Position numbers and translations under genes: made by a program
Source: Chromera velia
Taxonomy: Eukaryota
Length of the DNA: 53,692 bases
Direction: 5' to 3'
Assembly: GCA_018398765.1 (NCBI GenBank)
Contig: JAHBMJ010000216.1
Coordinates: forward strand, 1 to 53,692
Notes under the pieces: generated by a model
Told to the model about the DNA's origin: nothing
Seen by the model: only the letters and a program-made list of their open reading frames with translations
The model's database searches: none
Shown here: positions 38,428 to 49,718 of the stretch, piece after piece
How the letters are laid out: every line of letters starts with the position of its first letter
Position numbering within the stretch: the first letter of the stretch is position 1

Positions 38428-41400
38428 GAGGGGGAGGGGGGGGACCTTTGGGTTGTTTTTGTTCTTTTTCAGCGGTCTGTATTCTCTAGCCCTCCTTTCT
38501 TTCCTCTCCATCTGTCTGTTGCTGTTCTTCTTTTCTTTGCCGACGACTTTTCGCGAGGTCTGTCGCTGTTCTTCCTCTCCTCATCGTCGATCGAATCTGA
38601 GTTCTCTTCCTTCCCCAATTAAGCGAGCTTTCTTTCCCCCCAAGAGGTTGGCTGTGTGAGACAGAACGGAAAAAGACGGAGAGTGCAAATACACAGGTTC
38701 CGTCAAGGAGGTGCGCTTCTGTGTGCCGGTGTCTGTGTGTGTGTGGGTGGGAGAGAGAGAGAGAATATACGTAGGTGTATATGCGTGTGCGTGAGTTTGA
38801 GTTCCGATTGTGTGTGTGCGAATGTTTATCTCTCCTGTCCTCTTCAGCTGTCGACTGTGAGGTGACTGGTTGGGGCCCTTGGGAGTCGTGCTCGGCCAGC
38901 TGCGGGGGGGGGAGTCAGAAGAGGCACAAGGAAATCGTGAGAAAGGCAGAGGGAGCAGGGGAGCCGTGCCCTCTCCCGGCCGGACTCTCTGAGAGCAGAC
39001 CCTGCAATCAGGACCCTTGCCGTCAGTTTTCCTTTTTTTTTTTGGCAATCGGGGCGACTGCCATCAGTTTTCCTTTTTTGGGGGGGGGGGGGGGTATCGG
39101 GGCGACTGCCGTCAGTTTTCCTTTTTTTTTTTGGCAATCGGGGCGACTGCCATCAGTTTTCCTTTTTTGGGGGGGGGGAGGGGTATCGGGGCGACTGCCG
39201 TCAGTTTTCCTTTTTTTTTTTGGCAATCGGGGCGACTGCCATCAGTTTGAGAACCTCTTCCTCTTCTAAGGGAAGAAGTAGTCAACCGGTCTTTTCTCTG
39301 GGCTGGGTTCTCTCTCTTCTTTTGTGTTCGTGGCCTCTCTTTTCCTTCCCCCTTTTCATCTTACCGTGACTTCGAGGTCGCGCTCTCGTAGAGATTATGT
39401 GTGAAAACCTGCGCAGCCCTTCACCCCAGTGGTTCCTTCCCTTCCGTTCCTTTCCCTCTGTCTGTCCGCAGCCGTCGACTGTCAGATGTCCCCCTGGGAG
39501 CCCTGGGGAGAGTGCAGCGTCTCCTGCGGGGAGGGCACACAGGAGAGAAGCAGAAAGGTCCTGGTGGAAGCGGCGGCGGGAGGGGCTGCGTGCGAAGAGG
39601 TGATCGGCCAGCGAGAGTGCAGCGAGCGAGAATGCTGTGAGTCAGTGAGTGAGTGGTTTTGCGTTGCCCGAAGTGTGCATGCGCATCAGAGAGCGACAGA
39701 GAAAGAGAAATGGTCTTTGTTACGAAAAGAAGCTGAGACTGATGGGTCAAGCACTGCCCTTACACACACAGACACAAAGAAAAAAAAGAATAGAAGATAC
39801 TTTGATCTTCGAGACACTGCAGATTTTCACCGCTGAATACGTGAAGGTCATTGGTTTGCTTCGCTCTTTTCTGGGAAATAAGCAAGAAATTCTTCGACCA
39901 CACCGAGAGAGTGGAACGCAGCAAGCAGTCTTCTCGGCAACAATTTCGGGAATCGGAAAAAAGACGATGAAGGAAAAAATAATCTCGTGCTCATCAGTGA
40001 CATAAGAGAATGCCGAGGAGAGAGAGATCCCATCAGCTCAGATACAAGCCACGAAAAAGGAACCGCAAGATTGTACTTTCTTCTCTCTTTCTCCTCTCAT
40101 TTTCTTTGATTCCGGTTCGTGTCTGTTTTCCTCTGCGTGCGAAAATAAATGCAGACGTGCCGAAGTGCATTTACTCTGAGTGGACTGAGTGGGGAGAGTG
40201 CGTGTACTCCCACAACGGCGGGTGCGGGAACGGAGGCAAATACAGAAACAGACTCGTCCTCGAGGACCCTCCAGGACTCCACTGCGGTGCCTCAGTGGCA
40301 GAATACGAATCTTGCCCTGATCTGCCCTGCCGTCAGTCAGTCAGTCAGTTAATGGCTCGATCCTGTCTCGTCTCGTTAGTTTGTTTTCTTCTCTCTCTGC
40401 TCTTTCTTTGTTTCTTTTCGGCATGCGTATGGGATGGGGCGGGTCGTACCAATCCTTCTCTCTTGCACTCTTTCTTTCTCTGTGTCTCATTTGCTTGCTC
40501 TTCTCAAAGCAGTGAGACCACGAGTGGACCTGCAGGAGTGCTGTGAGACCGACCTGCGCACATTGTACGGAACATCTCTCTTGTCAACGTACTCCCCTCC
40601 CGTCACACAGCTCTGCTTCTCTCATCCCCGCCCCTTTCGCTGCGTGTCTGCCTGTCTGTCTGCCTGCAGCGGTGGACTGCGACATGTCCGCGTGGAGCAA
40701 CTGGGGGGAGTGCAGCGCCACGTGCGGGGTCGGAACATGGGACCGCAGCCGCACAGTCAAGGTCGAGCCTGCTCACGGGGGGAAGGGCTGCAGCACTATC
40801 CTCTCCCAGACGTCTCCGTGCGAGGGCCTCAGACCCTGCCGTCAGTTCTCTCTTCCTTTTTCTTTTTTAGAAAGAAAAAAGAAAGAAAGAAAGAACACTG
40901 TACACCGACAGTGGATGGGCAAATTATCGTCTCTCACTTCCGTGGAGATAGATCGCTGCGTGTGACAGCCTGAGAGCCTACCCGCACTCAAGCAGAATCA
41001 TGTAGATGGTGAAAACTCTTTTCCGACGCACACAACAATGCGCGGGTGTGACCTTGCTTGCAGCAATCGACTGCCGTCTGGGTGAGTGGTCTGACTGGGG
41101 GGAGTGCGACAGCGAATGCGGAGAGGGAATGAGAGAGCGCAGACGGGACAGAGCCATCGCGGCAGCGTTCGGAGGGAAAGAGTGTACGGACCCTCTGAAG
41201 GAAGTGGAGCCCTGTCCCGACCTCTCGCCATGCCGTCAGTCTTCGGTTCATGTTCGAAACATATTTCTGACCAATAATTTGTGACCTGCCTTCAGCTGTC
41301 GTCACTCAGTCAGCCTCTCTCTCTCTCTGTGTGTTTCTCTCTCTCTCTCTCTCTTTGTGTGTATGTGTGTGTGTGTGTGTGTTTGAGCCTGTTGGCGAAA

Positions 41401-41778
41401 CATGTCCCAGTTCTCTGACGTTCTCTTTTGTATGATCTACGCTGCCGACGTACACGGCAAACATGTAACTGCCTACAAGCACATGTAGAGCGTTGCCCTG
41501 ACAATCAATCCTTTTGTCTGCTTGCCGTTTGTTCATAAATCGGAAGAGCGGTGCATGAAGTGAAAAAGGGTGCATGCATGTGGGAGATAGAAGGAAAACC
41601 AGAGGCATGAATGAGTGAGTGAACCTTCCGAGGCTAACTAACAGACCCTGCCCGGAGCTGCGTGGGCCCTTTTGCTGCAAAGAAAGAAAAATTGCATGAC
41701 AGAACAAAACAGCCTTCCCGTCTGTGTCTCTGTCTGTCTGCCTTCCTGTCCGTCCGTACATCTGCGAAATATCACATG

Positions 41779-41827
<49 letters not shown>

Positions 41828-43519
41828 CGGTTGACTGCGAGATGTCTGACTGGGGGAGCTGGAGTCAGTGCGACTCGACTTGCGGAGTGGGTTATCAGGA
41901 CAGACGCAGAAGGGTGAAGACGCCAGCGGCACACCAAGGAGCTCCCTGTCCAACTGAACTGACCCAGAGACAGGAATGTCCGGATCTGCCAGCATGCCGT
42001 CAGTTTCTTTTGTGTGTTTATTCATTCCTCTTTCTCTTTTGCTTCAGTGAACGAAGATGCGGCTGTCTGCATTTAGGTTTCTTTCTGCCTTCCCGCCTGT
42101 CCCCGTTTCCCCCCCCTTGTTCCCCAAGGCTGTCGGTGTGCCTGCCTTGTGTGTCTCTCTGTGAGTCTACTTTTCTTTCTCTCGGCCTGAATCTCATAGA
42201 AGAGAGTGGACAAAGTGTAAATCTCTCTGTGTATCACTGTACGAATGTCGGTGTGTGGCTCTCTCGCTGTGTCTGCCTGCCTCTCTGATTCTTCCCTTTT
42301 GTTTTTTGCTGCTTCTCTTTCTTCGTTCTTGTTGCTTCTGCGGACCCGAATAGGGGCCTTCTGTGTGTGCTCATATGTATGTATGTTTGTATGCTTTTAC
42401 GTGTGTGTATGTGCAGCTGTGGACTGTGAACTCTCTGAGTGGGGCTGCTGGGGGAGCTGCCCAGTCGAGTGCGGCACAGGGAAGCACTCTCGAGAGAGAC
42501 ACGTGCTGGTAGAGGCCGCCAACGGGGGGAAGGAGTGTGACACGAAACTGACAGAAGAAAGAGAGTGCGAGTCTGTCCCTTGCCGTCAGTCAGATCTCCT
42601 GGTCCTCCCTTCCTACCTGCCCCTTTCTTTTTTTGTCTTGTTGGCTTTCATACTTCTTTGAGTCGCGTTCCCATTTGTCTGCCTGCTTGCCGGTCCGAAT
42701 GTGTGCCCGCCTGCTTTGACGTCTGATGAGACAATTTACAGATCTGGAAAGCGCCCCTTTGTTTCCTGCCCGATTCGCCGGTGTTCGTCCATGAGTGATT
42801 GCCGATGCACAGGGTTCTTTCTTGTTGCAACAAAAGAGAGCAGACGCTTCTCGCTTCCCTTTTCCTGGACATGCTAAGCTTTGGACTCTCTTACCGAAGA
42901 GATGTGTTCGTCTGTCTGTGCCCGCAGCAATTGACTGTGAGATGAGCGACTGGAGCGAGTGGGGGGGTTGCAGCATCTCCTGCGGTACCGGTGGGATGAG
43001 GCTGAGGAACAGAGAGGTGACCGTCGTTCCTCTTCACGGAGGCAAGGCGTGCGACTCCCGACTAGAGGAAGAGGGGCCGTGCGAGGAACTCCCTGGATGC
43101 CGTCAGTCTCCCTCCCTGCCTGCCTGCCTGTCTGCCTGTCTGACTCCTGCACAGCTGCTCCCCGTTCTGCCTTCCGGCCTTCCTGCTGCTCTATTTTCCT
43201 CATTTTCTTTCTCGTGGATTTCTTTCGCCTTCTTCCTTTTTCATCTCGTTTCCTCACTATTTTCTTCGTATTTTACTTCAGAGGCTTTTCTGGGCTACGC
43301 TGCTTCTGTGTCTGTACAGGCGGGCGTGCGCGTGCATGTATGGGAGGGTGTGGTGTGTGTATGTGCTTTGAGTTGAAAAGATAAAGATGATAAAGATGAT
43401 TGATGTCTTCGCGTCTGCGGCTGTGTTGATGTGTGCGCGCGCGCGAAAGTGTGGCCGCTTGTTTACCTGCGCGTGTGTACGGGTGTATGTATATATATAT
43501 ATATATATATATATAATAC

Positions 43520-43581
<62 letters not shown>

Positions 43582-44184
43582 TTGCGATTGAAGGCTCATG
43601 CATGTGATTGATTCATTGATTGATTGATTAGTTGGTTGGTTGATTGATTGATTGATTGGTTGGTTGTTTGGTTGGTTGATTGATTGATTGATTGACCGAG
43701 TGTGCGGTCTTGCAGCCGTCGATTGTCTGGTGAGCTGCTGGAGTAAGTGGGGGGAGTGCAGCGTGACGTGCGGAGGCGGCACCAAAAAGAGGAGCAAGGT
43801 GATTCTGGTGGAGCCCCAGAACGGCGGGAAGGAATGTCCAGAAGAGGCGACGCTGGAGGACACCGTTGCGTGCAATGAAAGACCTTGTCGTCAGTCTGTC
43901 TTTCTTTTTTCTCCTATCTGTCTGTTCATCCGTCAGTAAATCAGTCCGTCATGTCTTTGTAAGTGCTGACTCACAGAATTTGCTGGACAGAATTTCTTCA
44001 ATCCCTTTTTTGTCTCTAGGCTCCGAAGCAGAGAGTGTGTGACGTTTGTCCAATGTCCAAGAGATGTCTTTGCTTTCAGTCTTTTCACGGGTCCCTGTGG
44101 ATTTCTACTTCCTCTCTTTTCGTCTTCTTCTTTTGATTCTTCCTGCGACACCAGTTTATCAACAGAGAGAGCCTTTTGAGTCGT

Positions 44185-44226
<42 letters not shown>

Positions 44227-47200
44227 CGTCTTCTTCCACATGTTCGCTTCTCTTCACTGCAGCTGTCGACTGCGTGATGGGAGAGTGGGAGAGTTGGGAC
44301 GACGTGGCCTGCAGCGCTCGGTGTGGGGTCGGGACTCAGACCCGTAAGCGCTCTGTCGTCAGCCCTGCGAAGCATGGCGGCTTTCCGTGCAGCGACGAGA
44401 GAGAGCAGACGCAGGAATGTGATCAGGGGCCATGCCGTCAGTCTTCTCTTCCGTTTTTCTTTGGTCCACACCGACGGACCGACAGACAGAGATAGATAGA
44501 CAGGAACACGAAAAGAGAGAAAGAGAGGACACAAGGAAGCAACTCTGAAAGACCAAAAAGACAACATGCTCGCGATTTTTTTTTCTGACGGTCTGCGTAT
44601 TTCAAAAACGGCAAACACGGCATTTTCCGTTTTGCTCACTCATGCTCTCTGTCTCTCGTCCTCTGGTAGTCCTTCCATTCAGCTCCCCTGTTCTTTCTTT
44701 GATTTCCTCTCTTCCTCTTACTCCATGTATGTAGGTACCTCTCCGTCCGTTTGTTCTTCTGTTGTTTGTGATGAGCGCATCGACGAGTTAAGAGAGATTT
44801 CGCATATTTGTGAGAGTCTGCGTGTGTGCTGGCTTTCTTGCCTTGCCCACTGCCTGGATTGGGTGCGACGTCTGATCACCCTTCCTTCGTCTTATTTTTT
44901 TGGCATCCACTTGATTGCGCCACCTTAGCTGTGGATCGGATCGTATTAATAGAAGAGCGGCGGCCGCATTGACCTCTTGCTTCACTGACTTTCCATCACT
45001 CTCTCTGTCTGCCCGCCTGCCACACACTCACTGCAGCTGTGGACTGTGAGATGACTCCCTGGTCCGCCTGGGGAGAGTGCTCTAAGTCGTGCGGCGTCGG
45101 GCAGAGGAACAGACACCGGGATGTGGTGGTCGACGCCGCACATGGTGGAGAAGAATGTCCAGCAGACACAATCGGATCCGAGGACTGTAAACTTCGAGAC
45201 TGCCGTCAGTTCGTTTGACCATTGTTTATTCCCTCTCGTGTTTGCCCTTTTCTCGGAAAAGAAAAAGAAAATCCGTCCTCTGGTCGGTCCATATCTTTCT
45301 GTGTGTCTCGTTGCCCTTCTTCTGCAAGTGTGTCAGCATGTGTCAGCAGGAAGAAGGAAGAAGCACCCTTGCGCTTTCTTTCTTGATATCTAGTTTCCTT
45401 ACTGGGTAAGCATGAGGAAGAAATATGCGTGGCTTGCTCTATCTCACTTGTTTTCGCTTCGCAACTGAAGCTTGCGAGGCTTCCGTGGACGGCCTGTTTC
45501 CTTGGGTCCTCATCTCGCGCTATGTGTGCGTATATGTCTCTGTGTGCAGCGATTGACTGTGAAGTGTCTGAATGGCAGGACTTTTCTGACTGCTCTGCCT
45601 CCTGCGGGCCCGGCACACACTCGCGCTCCCGCAGCGTGACCACCCAAGCTGCTTTTGCCGGAATCCCGTGCCCTCAGCTGGAGGAAACGAAGGCGTGCAA
45701 ACTCCGGGAGTGCCGTCAGTCTTATAACTGATTTCTTCTCTTCTCTTTGTCTGTTTCTCGAGAGGGAGAGAGAGAGAGAGTATGTTACTGCGTCATTATA
45801 TTTTGGACTGGAGGTATTCTGCACTGCACCGTTGGGTGGTTGAGTGGGGCCTTCATGTTGAGTTCTTGTTATCGTTTCGTCCTCTGCCTGGTAGCCTCTT
45901 CGTGTGCACTCCCCCTTTTTTCCTTGTATTCTCGACTCAGCCCTTTTAGCGTTTCCGGACACTGTCTGTGTGTGTGTGAGAGAGAGAAAGAAAGAAAATG
46001 TGCTTCTTTTCTGTGTTCTGGTTTGCGTGCAGCGATTGACTGTGTGATGGAGGCCTGGTCCGCTTGGGGGTGCTGTTCTTCTGACTGCGGTCCTGGAGAG
46101 CAGGCGAGAACAAGGGGAGTGCTCTCCTATCCAAAATTCGGAGGAGCGAAGTGCGACGAGCACGTGATCGAAAAGATGACTTGCCAGGCCCCTCCTTGCC
46201 GTCGGTAGCTTTTTTTTTTCCTTCTTGTTTTTCTGTTCTTGTCTGCCGTTTCTTTCTGTCTTTCTCTCTCCCCGACTCCCCGCTTTTCCGCCTTTTCTTG
46301 TTGCCTGTCTTTCTCTTTTTTTTTTCCTGTATCGGTCTGCTGTTCCTTTTTACGCCAATTTATGTTGCCGTCTCTGTCCATCCCTCGCAACTATCTGCCT
46401 TGATTTTCTTTTCAGATGTTCGCATGGTTGACTTGCCGTTGCGTCATAGAGGCCTGAGAAGGTGCTTTGGTCCTCTTTCTCTCTCAGGCTGTATTTCGGA
46501 AAAGGCTTTTGTCGTTCGATCATTTTTTTCAGTTTTCGTGTCTTCTTTCTTTCCTCGCTCCTCCGCGCGCGTGTCATTTTCCGCTTTGCATTCTGTCTCG
46601 CAGCCATTGACTGCAAACTGTCCGAGTGGAGCGAGTGGGCGCCCTGCTCGTCGTCCTGCGGAGTCGGCAGCCAGAGCCGCAACAGGCAGATCGTGCAACA
46701 CCCTGCACACATGGGAGAACCCTGCAACCCGAATCTGGTCGAGGAGAGAGAGTGCAAGGATGTCGACTGCCGTCAGTGAAGTCAAGTCCAGTCAAATTAA
46801 TGGAATGCAACGGAATCGAATCGGATGGAATGGAATTGAATGGGAGGAACCAAATGGACTGCATGTCATAGCACTGTGAGACAGTAGTTGCGAGAGATGG
46901 ACAGACAGGCATGGGGTTCATGGTGACCGCGTGAGAAAGAAAAAGTGTTCTGCAGTATCAGAGAGAGAACGCATTGACTGCTGGCTGGACCGCGAAAAGG
47001 AAACAACTAACTCGGAATGCCTGTCTGCCTGTATCGTTCTTTCATGTTCTTCATGATGCATCAATGATGGGACGTCTGCGTTCGTTCTAACTTCATTCGC
47101 TTTGTTGTTGTCCCCTGGTTGGTTGTGGGGGGGCACATTTGTGTCTTCGTTTTTTTTTTTTTTTGTGGGTAGAACAGACACCTCCACTAGCTGTGGAGTG

Positions 47201-49679
47201 AGTCTTTCTCTGAGTGAGTTTGTGGAGCGGCTCTTGTGTTGCGTCTTTTTGTATCATCTTACCAGGAGTGGCCGTGTGTGTTCATGCGTCTGGACTCTCT
47301 GTCTGTTTGCCTTCATTATTGTGCAGCAATTGACTGCGAAGTGTCTCCTCCGGGCCCCTGGGGGGAATGCTCTCTCAGCTGTGGAGGGGGGAAGCAGCAA
47401 CAGACAAAGGAAATCCTCGTGGAAGCGCTCTATGGAGGCAAGGCGTGCCCCGCAGCAGCAGAACTGATCACAACACGGAGCTGCAACGTGGACCCCTGTC
47501 GTCAGTTTGTTCGTTCGTCTCTCTTTCTGCCTGTCTGTCTGTCTGTCTGTCTGTTTGTGTTTTCTTCTTTATCTCTTGTTTGCCTGTCTCTACCGGTCTG
47601 TCTGTCTGTCTTTTCTTCTTTGTCTCTTGTTTGCCTGTCTCTACCGGTCTGTCTGGTACATGTAGAGGAGCAGGGAAAGCAAGCAAGGAAGGAAGGAAAC
47701 ATACAGTTTGTCTGGTTTTCGTTTTGTCTGGCTGTTTTCTCTTCTCGTTTCTTCGTTAGCTGCCTGCTGGCTGTGACCCAGTCGGGTCGATGACGCTCTT
47801 TCTGACTGTCCTCTCTCTGTGGGGGGACTGCGTGTGGTGTTCGATCGTGCAGCCGTGGACTGTGTGATGACCGACTGGGGCGACTGGGGGGAGTGCTCGG
47901 CTGAGTGCGGTGAGGGAACGAAGAGGAGAACACGGGAGATTGCAACGGAACCGGAACACAACGGGGTCGCGTGCCCACCCGAAATGGAAGAGACCAAACC
48001 GTGCCAGGCAGAATCACCTTGCCGTCAGTCTCTCTCCCAATCTCTCTCTCACACATGTTTCCTCGGTTTCGTGACTGGTTCCCTCTGTGTCCCCTTTTCT
48101 GGCCTAAAGGTCTCTCTTTCAACTTTTTCCGTGTTGACACAAATCAGCCCATTCATTCACTCGCCTCCTCTCCTCCCCTGCTCCCTCATGTGCAAAATGG
48201 AGGGGAAAGGGGGCTCCTCCCTCAAATCGCGCTCTCTGTCTCTCTCTCAACCTTTCTCTTTCCTCTTCTTGTGTGTGCGTGAGCAAGAGAGACAGAGTGA
48301 AGGGAAGCTCTGGCTTTTTCTCTTGTCTGTCTATTTATTTGCAGCGATTGACTGCACGCTGACCCCCTGGAGCTCGTGGGCCGATTGCACAGTGACGTGC
48401 GGCCACGGGACTCGCCAGAGGACCCGCCAGATTGATCAGACGGCTTTGCACGGGGGGGAGGAGTGTCCCGCAGAGCTGACGCAACTCGAGTCGTGCTGCC
48501 GCCCTGCTTGCCGTCAGTCCTTCTTCTTGTCTGACTCCACAATTAAGCTTTGCACAGAGTGTGCGTCACATGCAGAAAGAAATGCAAAGACGGAAGGAAG
48601 GAAAGCAGGAATAGTGGAAGGAGAGGGGAAAGAACAGAAGAAAAAGACAAGAGTCCCACGAGAAGAGACAGATGAGAGACTCCGCATGATCGAGGGGGCT
48701 GTCTGTTTCTGCTCTGCTCTGTCTTTACATACTTGAATTGTTTGCCGGGTGCGTCGAAAACTGTCAGAAAGGTGAAAATCAGATGCAGAGGGGAAAAGGC
48801 AAAGAAGGCGAGAAGGGAGGCATACGGGTGAAAGAATCTTTTCCTTTCCGTTTCTTAATACCTCTGCTGTTCTTTCGCATGTTGTGTTTTTGCAGCCGTG
48901 CCTTGTTTGGTATCTGAGTGGCGGGAGTGGGGCGACTGCTCAGCTTCTTGCGACGGGGGCACGCAAACGCGGAGACGGGAGATCATTCTGAAAGCCCAAC
49001 ACGGGGGGGACGCCTGCCCACCTTCAGCAGAGATGGTGGACACCCAAATGTGCAACCCGGAGCCATGTCGTGAGTCTCCTCTCTTAGTTTCCGGTCTCTT
49101 CCATTCTTTCCTCCTTCCCTCCTTTTTTCTCCCTGCATGCATGACGTCTGTTCTGCAATCACCCCTTCCTCCCAGCATGTAGGAATGAATGTAAGAGGCC
49201 GTAGTGCACGTCCGGTTCTCCATCTCTTCTGTCCATTTCCTCCAGTTGTTATGTATTTCCCCTCTGCGGTCTCGTTTCGTCTTCGTCTCTTCCATTGTGT
49301 TTCATGAGAGCTTCCGGAAGAAAAGTCAGCGGCAAAAGAGGGGGCCAAAGAGTCCTTTTTTCGTTTTGTTCCCTTTTGCTCCGCTTGACTGTGCAGTGGC
49401 CCACCCGGTGTCAGGTTCCCTCCCCGTTTCTCCGTGTGTGCACACATGTGTATTCTTCTCTTTCTGTTCGTTTGAATGTGCTGGTGCTGCAGCCGTCCCC
49501 TGTCAAGTCTCTGAGTGGGGAGCGTTCGATGAGTGCACAGCGACGTGCGGAAGGGGATCTCGAACGAGACAAAAGAAGATCTTGGCAGAGGCACAGAACG
49601 GAGGGGAGGCCTGTCCCACCGATGATGCGCTGACTCAGACCGTCCCTTGCAAGGACAGAGATTGCCGTCAGTCTGTGTA

Positions 49680-49718
<39 letters not shown>

